A stretch of DNA of 63,895 nucleotides, counting the filler, from Choristocarpus tenellus KU-1152 (Eukaryota; Protista; Phaeophyceae), in the NCBI GenBank assembly GCA_964200185.2. It is 11 parts of 11 records of this genome, joined end to end, with 100 filler letters (N's around TTAATTAATTAA, not from the genome) between each part and the next. Parts side by side here need not be neighbours in the genome. Positions count along the whole stretch, not along the records: positions 48,806 to 53,996 come from CAXNAD020011563.1; positions 54,097 to 57,612 come from CAXNAD020019510.1; positions 57,713 to 61,286 come from CAXNAD020019172.1; positions 61,387 to 63,895 come from CAXNAD020027212.1; 7 more parts are not named here. One strand, 5' to 3'. Within the stretch, counting starts at the first letter, position 1. Every line of letters begins with the position of its first letter. A program made the position numbers and the translations under genes. Positions 52,401-63,895 of this stretch are shown piece by piece. The notes beneath the pieces were generated by a model. That model had not been told where the DNA came from, ran no database searches, and saw nothing but the letters and a program-made list of their open reading frames with translations.

Positions 52401-53311
52401 GGAACATCCACATACAGTTCATGGCACCTTACTGACCAGAAAGGAGACAATGTCTGTAGGGGAAGAATGACCACCTGAATTATATTCTTACAAGAGATGA
52501 TGCACTTCAACCACAACATCTGGCTCAAAGTATATTTGGGGGGGGGTCTACACCAGGGTGTCCATTTGGGACCTGAACAGGAGAAGTGCACTGGCATTGT
52601 CCATCCGATGCATGCAATCACCCAAGAATCGCGACATGGAAAATGGGACCCAATGGACAGCCACCACACAACCCCCCGGATACTTTGAGCCTCTAATGCA
52701 TTTTTTGATGCCTCCAAGCCAAACAAATCGGCTCAAATATGTTCAAATATGCCGAAGAAGATCACGTTGAATATCTTGCTTGACTGTGAGGCAAGGAAAT
52801 AGCGCCCAAACCCTAGTGTTGTTGGGTAGTGCAGCAGCAGCTATATAGAACAAGTATGATAGTACATGCTGTAATATGTCACAGCCCGACGAGGGGAAGT
52901 GCCCCATAGAACAACTCAAGTTTGGCCCAGAAGCAGCAGGGATAGTTCCTCCAACCTTTTGCTCTCGTTGAGGACAGCTTATTCACTATACGGTTTCATC
53001 CATGTTGGGAAATATACCCTTAATGTTGTGGTCATGGATCAGTTATGTAGAATTTCGCAGCGAAGATGTGATTAATTTAAATATTACATAGTATATGTAA
53101 TGTCATTCTTCGTCTTTAATACTTCTACATACACCGCAGCAACCCAAAACATATTGTAATACCCCTAGGCTTAACTCTAAATGTGACCCTGACCATCTCA
53201 ACACAGGTTTCCAACCTCAACCGTCCATTTATGTTCGGTGAACACCATGTGGGGCACTCCACAAGCGAGGTTGCTGCTGCAGCAGCCAGGGTGATTGACG
53301 ATGATATCAAG
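49480..53311 (+). CDS. Ubiquitin-activating enzyme E1 (UBA1/UBA6-like), internal exons, divergent
   Basis: [15 protein letters not shown]; [26 protein letters not shown] (51228-51350); [12 protein letters not shown] (51706-51849); [22 protein letters not shown] (52204-52311); VSNLNR (53207-53311). Confidence 0.88.
52522..52691. mobile_element. MITE family B, full copy (170 bp) in an E1 intron
   Basis: GGCTCAAAGTAT...ATACTTTGAGCC; TSD tct/tct. Confidence 0.92.
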
Positions 53312-53955
53312 GTGTGTGACTATAAGACTGGATTGAAACGAGAATCGGGCCAACCCCAATTATGGATAGTACTGACGTCATGAGACGGTTGAGGCCTGAT
53401 ATCGAAAATAAGATTTATATCCTTGGGTCTTGGGGGGTAGGAAGGGTGGGGGGCAAGCCAATCACAAGCCAGTAGGCAAATCCAATAAAAAAAAATAATG
53501 GGTGGCTGTAATCAGGTGGCCTAGGCTAAAACAAGTTACTTGAAGAGTTCCTTGATTGACATGAAAACAAACCCCCTTTGACTCATTATATCGAAAAAGG
53601 AGAAGCCTTAAGCAAATATGGTCACCTTAGCCCTTCGGGTTTGGTATGTTCTACTTTGAAGTGTTCTGCATTTGGAGTCAAATCATTCTGTTAGATGCGA
53701 GCCCAAGCACATGGAAAATATGTAACAGGAAAACAGGGCTAGTGATCAATCATGTCCTAGGGTAGGGAAGGAATGCATGTGTGTGTTGCAATGGTACTAG
53801 TGCATGGCAATAGGGTTGGGTGTGGTGGGGTATGTGATTGTAGTAACTTCACCGGACCTTGAGTAGTGTTTCACTATTTGTCTCCCGGTTGACAAGTTCA
53901 AACATGAGCCCAGTCTCTTCCACCCCTCTAACCTTGTCGTGAGTCCCTTGCCCCA

Positions 53956-54165
53956 GAGCCAAAATATCTTAAGAGGGTAGAGCCGCGTCCATTTAGNNNN
54001 NNNNNNNNNNNNNNNNNNNNNNNNNNNNNNNNNNNNNNNNTTAATTAATTAANNNNNNNNNNNNNNNNNNNNNNNNNNNNNNNNNNNNNNNNNNNNATCA
54101 AAATCGGAACAATGGATTTTGACCCCCAAATGGACGCGGCTCTACCCTCTAAGATACTTTGGCTC
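53956..54165. mobile_element. Two separate partial family-A MITE ends on either side of a linker
   Basis: 53956-53996 and 54097-54165 both carry the GAGCC-type end, so they are different copies. Confidence 0.8.
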
Positions 54166-54579
54166 TTTTGTTGGATCATTGTGGTCTGTGTGCAAGGAGC
54201 CTCCTGTCAAAATATTTTAGATGCACTCCCAACAGAGCAATCCCATCAGAATAGTGGTAGAAAAGATAGAAATATCAATCAATTGGGGCGCTCATGCTCT
54301 AGTTGAGAAGCAATGGGGCATACAGATAAAGAATCAAAGTCCAAACCTAAGAGCATTGATCAGCCCCAACATAAGGGGGGGGGAGGAAATCCTGAGTAAA
54401 TTGCACATTCAAATACCACTAAGCCCTGATCCTCGATGATCTACTATAATAAAATGATTGCAGATTTCACTTTCAGCCCCAAAAACGAGCAACTGACGAC
54501 TTGATGGAATGGGGGTTGGGGGTTGGGGGGGGTTCTTGGTATACTCTAAGCTGTGCACTTCACTTGGAGGAGCCAAGAA

Positions 54580-57546
54580 CCTGCTCTGCGCCTCTTTGCA
54601 CCTAAAAGCACTTGTAACCTCAATATCACTAGATTTGAAATAGTGTCAGTAACATCAGTCCAAACATATATATGCACCACACCAGTAGCTGCACCTCTTC
54701 CACATGTACCATACGTTTGATCTTCCGTGGTGATGCCAGAACGCAATACAATCAAAAGATGATGACACAGGAAGGACAGGCTGAACTGAACCACATGAAG
54801 AAATAATTGGCACCTCCGCTCTCTCTCTCACCTTGCCACCGTGGTAACAGTACTTGGATTATGACTCTATACCCTGCTGGCATGGCCCTCCCAGCCAATC
54901 TCTGGAGAATCTGCAACAAGGTTCTTCCACAGATCTTGCATGGACCGGTACCATACATGCTCTCTAATCTGCTGTCCGGTAGGGCATTCTTTAGGATAAA
55001 AGGAGTCCATCAGTTGGACCAGATTCCACAGACCTGGGCACAGAGAAAGAAACACATAAATGCTGGTGAGTGTGAGGTTCAGTACCAACTAAGGAAGGTG
55101 TGAGAGTGGTGCGGGGGTAGAGGGGCATTGTGGACATGCCTCCTGACCTATGAGCAGGAGAATTACGGCAAATAATCACTTGGGGGCAAAACATACTTTC
55201 TTGACGGAGCTATTCAGGACGCAAGACATTGAGACACCAAGTACCTCTCACACTGTGCTACAAACAAAGTGCATACAAAAAAAAAACATACAATACCAAT
55301 GGAAGCGCTTTTTCGACTACATCTCTGTTTGGAGTAAATATCTGTGTATCATTTTATGCCTACCTCTGTAGTGTTCTGTAAAGTTCATGTGCGTACCTAT
55401 TATGCCCATCAATTTCCTTTGGTGCTGATATAGTACAGGGCAAGAGGGTACATTCTTCAAAATTTGGAACAGGGACAGATATCTGAACACATGTCACCCA
55501 TCCTCACAGATTGCAGAAGGGCGGTTGGGGATCCTGCTCTTGCCATAGCCATATGGAGACGACATTACCTCTGAAAGAGTGGAGGCAATGGCCCCTGCTA
55601 CAGCAAAAATGTCAATCTGATGAAGGTTGACCTCATGACTGACGCCACTCTGCTCCAGGTGGAACTGAGCAGCGACCTACGGGATGGAGGGGGACAGGAC
55701 AAGGTTTGGTTGATGCAATGCGGTAATTAACATTAGATCAAGCAACTGGGGTTCTGAGAGGAACGGTGGGCGGTCCAGCCTCGAGATACGGTACACATAT
55801 CAGTTCTGCAATCCCAAGCGCTACTGTAATGCACATAGACAACAGCGTTGTACCAGTAGTCCATCCCGCAGTATAGACGAAGGGACTTTACCCAGGAATT
55901 GACAAAAACAGTGATTTACTCCTCTACTTAATTGGGACAAGAAAAGGTACAGTTCAGAGGATGCACAAGAACTGAGTGATCAAGCAAGTAGAGTACACGC
56001 CTTCCATCCATGCACCTGCGTGTTGCACCCTTGATTGAGAACAGGGATGATTCATTCAACACAAAAATATAGTCTGAACTGTCTACATCTGATAGCCCAA
56101 GAGTGGAGCAACACTTCCAAGCAATGATGACCAGAGCTGAGTGCTCTAGTACACAAAGGTAGACCAAAAGAGTACTTGATATCAAGACCGGAACATCTGA
56201 TTAAGTGTTTGTTTAGTCGGGTATCTATAGAACATCAATAAATATGTTCTGTCTTGGATAAACCAAGGATGGATGAAGGAGAGGAAGGGGGGTAAACCAA
56301 AACTCCAACTGAAAGCAATGCTGTATGTATTTTAATTTTCCATACACCACAATCATAGATATTTGAGGGTTAGTCGGGCATCATCCTTTCGAGAGGAATT
56401 TTGCAAGACATGAAAGACTCCCTTGGAACAGGCATGGACATACTGCTGTTTCACTGTGTATTGAGCTCTTGGTTGACTGTTTTGCACTGACCAGTGACTT
56501 TTTCCAGATAAAAGTGCTATCCTAACACACACCCCTGTCTACTGCAAGCACTAAATATACCATATATTTTATTACTCCTCTAGAATATTGCATCCTAAAT
56601 TTATAATTTCTAACCCTAAGCACTGAGTACAATATAGAGATATTTCTGTATTTTAAATATTGTTTTATTTTGAATATTAAAATTTAAATCTTATACAAAC
56701 ACAACCTTGGGTGTTTGATGTGATTCATTGTCCATGTATATGTGTTTGTCTCGCATTCACACTTGTACAACATGTAGTGGACATGATTCGGACATGCCAG
56801 AAAGAAATTGAACTGTTGGGTGACCATGGTCCAGAGTTGATTTTCGTTTGCCAAGAAATACCATATAACCAATAATGAGTTGGATTAGACAGAAACGCAT
56901 TTTTAATCCGGCCACAGAAAGAGACAAAAAGGAGCATGCAGTATAGTCTTCAGGTTTGAACAGAATAGTTCTGAACTAATTAACACACTTAGTGGCATTA
57001 CTGTTGGGATATACTTGGTTTGCCAGAAGCAAGCTTATATCAGCCTGGAAAGGCAAGAGATGATGGCAACAAGTACAGGTTGACGGAATATTAGCATGAC
57101 TTGGAGACAAAGCAACAACTCTTCAACCATGACAATCTTCATAGCATACCCCAGTTCAACACAACACACAGGGAGAAATGACACTGTAGGTGGCATCATT
57201 ATCATTGGGACATGTTCACAATGAAACCACTTTACTTGTACCTAACATTCCCACCAAAAAATATGATATTCCCTGCGGGAAATATGACTCCTTGCATGCG
57301 GGAAGAAAAAATAATAGAGCTTTGGACAGGTTCATCTTAGGGACCATTTCACAAAAGAATCAAAAAGAAGGTTGATTGACTGCAATCACCACACACCTCT
57401 GGGGACAGTTTGGCAGAGTCAAAGCCTGTGAGAAGGACCTTGAAAACACCATTCTGGTTGGCAACGGGGCTAATCAGGATGTTTGAGAGACTGAGCCTCG
57501 TGTGGGTAACACCTCTCTCATGGATCCTTAGCACATGGTTGATCAC
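54580..57546 (-). CDS. Protein-kinase-like (probable pseudokinase) gene, internal exons
   Basis: VINHVLRIHERGVTHTRLSLSNILIS...KVLLTGFDSA (subdomains VI-VII), QIDIFAVAG (IX-like), LWNLVQLMDSFYPKECPTGQQIREHVWY (XI-like). Confidence 0.6.
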
Positions 57547-57712
57547 CTTCTTGTGTCAGGCAAGGGGAGGTCAGGGGAGGGGGGTGAGGGGGGAGGGCAG
57601 AACAAGAGGTTTNNNNNNNNNNNNNNNNNNNNNNNNNNNNNNNNNNNNNNNNNNNNTTAATTAATTAANNNNNNNNNNNNNNNNNNNNNNNNNNNNNNNN
57701 NNNNNNNNNNNN

Positions 57713-57764
57713 AAAAATTGACCCCAAATGGACAGCCGCCACCCCCTCCCAGATACTTTGAGCC
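57713..57764. mobile_element. MITE family B, partial copy at contig start
   Basis: ccccaaatggacagccgccaccccctcccagatactttgagcc. Confidence 0.85.
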
Positions 57765-58604
57765 GAAGGAAGGAAGAGGAGGAGAGATTGAGGAATTCTG
57801 CACAGGAGTTGCAGGAACTGGGTCTGAGGAAGAACAGGGGGGGGAAGGGGGAGAGACAGCTCCCCTGTCTGTGAGGGAGGCGTTGGCAAGGGATTTGTTC
57901 GGTAGTGATGATGCTATGGCCGGTTACTGGGCCAGCTTTAGCAAAGTGCAGATCTTGTGTTTTATGTGTTCCTTATGGGTGAAAGGCTTTGTTGAGCCGT
58001 AGGAGATGGGTGTGGCACATCTGTCTGTTGTGAAAAATCTTTGAAGTGTGGGGTATGAAGAACTACAACTATTGCAGGGGAAGTTTCTGGAAGGGGCAAG
58101 GGTAAAGGTGAACTGGTAGTATGATCGCCAATCAAAGCGCATTTCAGGGTTGATTATTTTGGTGAGGTGAGTCGGTAGAGGTGCTTGTATTTTGCACCCT
58201 CAGATATATCCTTATCTAAGTATACCCTTGTGCCACAGCCATCCAACCTGCTGTGTATCCGCCCTTTTTCCTGGATATTAGTATCACAGTGATCATGTGA
58301 TAGATACCCCCCCCCTCCCCTCAAACACCAGACACGTGCTTCCTCCCACTGTGCATGCGAATGCTCCTGCTAATCTTACAAACCAGTCATCCCCGCTTCA
58401 CCTACCCAAGCACCTGTCCCAGAGCCATTTCCTACCATGTCTTATCCCCTCAATTCTTGAGTGACATATGATGCCTCCATTGCCAATCCCACTCTCCCTG
58501 CCCCCACCCACCCCCCTCATCACCCTTCACCCCTAACCTCCTAATGTTTACATTTTTCTCTGTTTTTTTTGTTGATGTGTGGTACGGTCATAGGGGGGGG
58601 TCAG

Positions 58605-58811
58605 GTTGGTGATCCAAATCATGCAGCGGCACCAATGCTTTGGCCAGCGTGGGAAGGACGTCAGCGTTTACATGCAGTGGATGATGGAAGCAGTGCAGCT
58701 GCCGCAGCATCTATCCTAGGCATGGGCGGGGAGGGAGCGAGTGACCTGACCACCCTGGCAAGTGGAGGCTTGAGTGATGTTGGGAAAAGCCCACGATACT
58801 TGGAAATCAAG
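58605..58811 (+). CDS. Probable exon of an unidentified gene
   Basis: cag|VGDPNHAAAPMLWPAWEG...PRYLEIK|gt is open and lies downstream of a pyrimidine-rich stretch. Confidence 0.35.
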
Positions 58812-59829
58812 GTGGAGTCAGAGGTGCAGGAGGCAAAGAGGGACTGTATATGTGAATTTTAGGATAAGTTGGGCTACAGGCACTGAGTGTGTTGATGCAG
58901 ATATTCTAAGGGTGTGGTCATATTTTTCCTCAGAAAAGGTGTTTTGTTTTCCAAGATGTAACTGTCCATATCCATTGCTTCTGCTGGAAATGTGTTTGGC
59001 GGATGCTTAACTGTTTACATGTACACCATGTTCTTGGTAGGGTTTTGTGCACTCACTGTGTAAGTGAAAGTAGCACTTAACCTGAACATGAACCAAAGAC
59101 AGGACCTTATGTGAGCATAGCCCAAAGTATTTTGTCAGACACATTTATACATCAAGCACTTCCGTGATGTGGAGACCTGGTTATATGAGAGTGTGTGAGT
59201 ATATTGGCAGTGCGGGCAAAGCAATGCCAAGGTAGGGAATGTATGTTGCTGGGCATGCTCCTCCAGTTTCGTCAAAAGTGAGAGATACGATTCAATTGGT
59301 GTAAACGTTGCTTCTCATTCATGTCTCTCCAATGGAATAATGTTACAACTCCAGTGGTGGGCAGTGGTGTACCCGCTCAATAACGGAATGAGATGGACAA
59401 GGGCAAGGGAGTAAGGGGTGAGGGATGGCAATAAAGGTGCTTGGTTCTTCAATGGGATTTGCCGTTGTGGGGGATTTGGGGAGAGTGGGACTTCGATTTC
59501 TTTATGCTGATACTCCAAGGTCGGAGGAGGATGGATGGGTGACTGAGCTGGCATAGGTTCATTTGATTTGTTAGCATATAGGAAGGACAGGGTCATACAA
59601 TGAATGAGGTGACTGAGTAAATTTCATTCGCAATTATGCTACCAAGAAGCAGAAAAGGTACCACCAACTGCTACTTAGACCGTGGAGAGCAGGTTTGGCC
59701 CCACCAAATTGTGCTCTGCATCGAAAAAGACAAGCTAATCTCTGGTGAATGACTTGCGCGTGCTTGCGACATCTTTCTTGCTTAGGCAGTGATTTAACTT
59801 ACACACCAACTCTCCTACCCCAGACACAA

Positions 59830-60178
59830 GTGTGTGTGTGTGTGTGTGTGTGTACGTTTAGTGCATGAGTATTAGAAGCAAATAGTAGGTCGAGGGTTAC
59901 CCTTATCTTAGATTGAGGTCTTCTTGTTCTCATGTGCCTGCTCTTGCATTGCAAACCAGCAAAACGAGTCGCGTGCTCATTCTATTTTACCGAGTTCGAA
60001 GGTACACTATTCGTACGAAATATTCGACAACTATCTTCTACTAGTTATATTCATGACAACAATAGGACCCTTTTTCCTACAATAATTCTTGCGTATAGTA
60101 CGTATATATAGTCGTCGTAGTAGTAGTACTAGTAGTAGTAGTAGTAGTCTTAATGTTAGCAACAGTAGTAGTAGTATG
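59830..60178. repeat. Microsatellites (GT)n and (AGT)n
   Basis: Direct reading; others are (TA)n at ~46399-46426, (AGT)n at ~25286-25319 and poly-G at 33964-34029. Confidence 0.9.
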
Positions 60179-61699
60179 AAAGGTATTATAGTTCCTTCAG
60201 TGTTCTTGTGTGTGATGACTACTACTACTGTCCTACTGCTGCTACTGCACCTCCTCTAGTGGATAAAAATAGGAGTGCTGATATTATAATACGTAGTACA
60301 CAGAGTGGTAGTTATCATCGGCATTGTCCTATTCTGAGCGTGCTGGCTCAGCAAACAGCTGTGGCATGCATGAATCGAATTTTGCTTGCCTTCAAATGGA
60401 ACATACAATAAAATGTATATATTTGAGTGAGTAAGGATCTCCTCTCTCGAACTATTTCACGGAGGTTGCTATAATACCAACGGACGGAGTAATCCCTAGT
60501 GACGAGGACGTTAAAATTCAGTAGCGGTAGGTAATCAATATTCAAACACTATTTTTATATGCACTTGGTATTATTGATGGTAGTAATTTACTTTGAAGTA
60601 TAAAGTATCGCCCAAGAAACCCAGGTCAGGTCACACTACATACGCACCAGGGAAAAAACTCCATTACACACACCAGTCCTCTACTACAGTGTAGGGGTTA
60701 TATACAACATAGTACACGGTAGAAGCGTCACACAGCATGATCCCTGTCGTCCACCCATCTATCTGAACTTTGCTGCTCACTCTTTGCTTTCATTGGTTGT
60801 GGTGAGGACCACAGTTGCGTTTTTTTTTTTTCAGTTTCTTCATCTTTTTGTTTGTTTGTTTAAATTGTGATGACAATGATAACGAAGAAGCGTAGTGCAA
60901 TCCACATGAGCATACACACACCCAAAACATGGTGGAAACGTTATGGTGATCAAATGTGATAATGTTGGTGCCCTCTTGTGTTGCTCCATCATTCAACATC
61001 AACAGTGATGATGACCTGTGCCCACCTCTTGTTGTCTCAGACAGCGGTGTATTCAGCCACTCGTCTTGCTACTTGATTCAGTACCACTCCCCCACCGCAC
61101 CCCCAATCCCCCGCTCAGACGTAACAACCACAAGGCCAATAGATCAACAGCAAAAATAATGCTGCCATTGTCACATTCCAGTCTCACATGCCAGTCTTCT
61201 ACCCCCCCCCCCCCCTCAATCCCGCGTACCTAGTATGTCATTCGAACGGCCATCCACAATCATTGTCCCCTTCAAAAATCAATACCNNNNNNNNNNNNNN
61301 NNNNNNNNNNNNNNNNNNNNNNNNNNNNNNTTAATTAATTAANNNNNNNNNNNNNNNNNNNNNNNNNNNNNNNNNNNNNNNNNNNNGTGTGTTGCAATAC
61401 CCAATGAAGTCCCGAATGGAGAACTTGGTCTAAATCCCCCCCCCCCCTCTGGGATACTATGGACCAGCATGTCAGTCATATGTTGCTCTAAGGCCATCAA
61501 GAACATTGTTATCGAGAAGGACATCACCAGGTCGTAAGGTGGGCCATATCAAAGCCTCAACTGGAATAGTGATATCACCTAGTTGTAGAGTAAACCCCAA
61601 GGCAGCCAAGGGACTATCATCTGTAGATCATAGGGGTTGATTTCACCTGGTGGAGTCTGTTCAATACGGGAATTCTGCATTGAAGTGTGGGCACTTAAA

Positions 61700-61874
61700 G
61701 CCTCAAAGTATCTGAGGGGGGTGGCGGCTCTCCATTCGGGGCCCATTTTTCCATGTCGCGATCTTTGGGTGATTTGGTTGCATGCATCGGATGGATAATA
61801 TAAATTAACTTCTCCTGATCAGGGCCCGAATGGACACCCTGGTGTAGACCCCCCCCCCCCAGATACTTTGAGAC
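61700..61874. mobile_element. MITE family B, full copy
   Basis: GCCTCAAAGTATCT...AGATACTTTGAGAC; flanks aaa/aaa. Confidence 0.9.
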
Positions 61875-62533
61875 AAAAAAATATGAGAAATGCATAGGAT
61901 GTCAATGGTCATGTCTAAAGATTGTGTGGCAGATGGTATAATTAATTATCCTTTCAGCACAGATACATTTAGAAGGTGGTTTGAGACACGAAGGAAGAGA
62001 GGCATAGTGCGACAAAGGCACTGGTGAACCATGTTGATGTGGTAGTATGATGAGGGTTATGGTCTGCACCTAGATAAACATTCGGACATGGTCATGTTTG
62101 TTCAGGATATGCTGAGGAATATATTGTCGTTGAGGCACAAGGGGTACCGAGTGCTTAGTGAAGGTTTGGAGAGTGGTCAACTGGACGTATGGGGCACAAA
62201 CGGTGGATACGGCCAAGACAACAGTGAGCAAAGTTGGTGCCGGAGAAGTAGTAAGTGAAATTATTCGGCATTTGGAGTGCTCACGATTGGACAGGTGAGC
62301 ATCATTCAACTTTGCCTCACATGCTCTGGAAATACAGCATGCTAGCATTGGAATCTAAGATCGAAGGAAATTAGACTGTGAATGGGATAAACCAATAGAG
62401 AGGTAGGTAGGGTTACATTTTAAGGATCCCAAGAAAGGGTAAAAGACGTCACTTTGTACAATTGCAAAGAGAGAGCCTTTGCTTAATTGTGGAGTCACTT
62501 TGTGAGTGGAAAGGGGAGTATCAACTTTGCGTA

Positions 62534-62802
62534 GAGCCAAAGCATTTAAGAGGGCAGGGCCTCGTCCGTTCGGGGACATAAATCCAATGTCGCGTTTTTG
62601 ATGAATTTTGGTTCTGATGTTTGTTAGCAGTTGTCAATACCCTTCTCCGGATACACCTTTCATAGTCCTACACATATTACCTAATCCAAAATCCGAAATG
62701 TTTACACAAAAAACCGAAAAGGGGCATAAAAAATCCCTTGGGAAGCCAAGACCTGAACAGACAAACATTACAAAACTCCTATCCTCTTAAATGCTTTGGC
62801 TC
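62534..62802. mobile_element. MITE family A, diverged subfamily copy
   Basis: GAGCCAAAGCATTTAAGAGG...CCTCTTAAATGCTTTGGCTC; 4-bp TSD cgta/cgta. Confidence 0.85.
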
Positions 62803-63895
62803 CGTACACACACTTACAACAATGAAATGGTGCGTATTGCATCGGGAAAAAAAGATGGTTACGATGCAAAAAGGATTCAAATCTGTCAGCCTTTCGATTG
62901 AATTAGCTCAATAACGAAGCTGAAGTTTGACATACATGTAAAATCTCGTCAGAACCTAGGGTAAATCAATCGTGGGGAAAGGAAGACGCATGTCTTTGGG
63001 AAAGTTTGTTATCGGCATTTTCTGTAAAGCAGTTGTGTGAGAAATAGCCAAGTCCCTCGTTTCTATCAGATTCCGGATAAGGTCCATGTTCGGTGGACGT
63101 TTTGCTTCGACTGCTTCCTCCAACTCTGCATTTGATAAGCGCAATGCACAGGTCAGTAGTAGATGGCATTGATCGAAGAACAGGTGGAGTTGCCCCCGAT
63201 ATCTGTGATGACATCAAGGGATAGTTGTGGTCTGTGTAGGACGGAATTTGGTGCTGAAGGTTGACTTAGGGGGTGCATTCTCTTTCGTGTTCCTTCCGAC
63301 ATGAACATTTGGAAACAGTTTTCCGTGGCGTAGAACGTGCTGGTTTGCCTCCTCGATCGAACTATATGCCAGTCGGAATGATGTGGTATATGTCCACAGG
63401 GCTGGTGTGGCAGTCAAAGTACAGGCAATGTACAAAGAGTGTCTCTAAAGCACTTTTAAAGCACTGTTACAAAACGCTCCGCAAGCTTATCATGATGGGA
63501 TATGTAGGTCCAATCCACAAGCGTGTAGGTGGACGATGGAACTTGTACTAAGTCCATAATGTATATATGGTCAAATACGCTGGATATCTCAGTTCCATTA
63601 TTTTCTTTGTGTTCATTATTGGGATATAAAATAGGACTGAACTGTTCGTTCTAAGTATGTGGCGTCATCATGGCTAAAAATGAAATAGTCAAGTACAAAT
63701 ATATGTATGTATATTAATATATATTTGTGAATTGTGTGACTCTGTGGTGGCGAGGTTCACTCAGGCAAGGAGGGTGGCGAAGAGAATCACCACGCAAGAC
63801 GGACCACACGAACAGGGACGAACCGTGACCGAGGGTACGAGGTTAAGGCTGGCCAAGTGTAAACTTAGGAGTGATAAGCAACATCAAAGATGGGG

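Noticed and set aside
61900-63560. Gene model from minus-strand ORFs near the window end
   Set aside because: No consistent spliced frame or recognisable motif could be assembled.

Overview
Eukaryotic nuclear DNA, intron-rich and probably from a flagellated stramenopile or brown-alga-like organism (inference). The window is 11 contigs joined by artificial 100-bp N/TTAATTAATTAA/N linkers, so adjacency across linkers is not biological. Spliced host genes that can be read: the 5' part of CFAP57/WDR65, a type II membrane glycosyltransferase-like gene, an EF-hand+WD40 gene, a P-loop sulfotransferase-like gene, a divergent ubiquitin-activating E1, a pseudokinase-like gene, and one frameshifted casein kinase 1 exon. 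The rest is decayed transposons (three mariner-type, two copia, one gypsy, one Harbinger-clade), several foldback MITEs, and two young related MITE families (16 copies, shared AAAGTATCT terminus, 3-4 bp TSDs). The most striking signal is in contig 1 (about 4.9-18.4 kb): roughly 25-30 short interstitial TTAGGG/CCCTAA tracts. Several sit between 10-51 bp direct duplications of the target, and two are head-to-head with the same GTTAGGG|CTAAC junction. This fits telomerase-templated filler added during double-strand-break repair at very high local frequency. Gene bodies are strongly CpG-depleted while 5' ends keep CpG.
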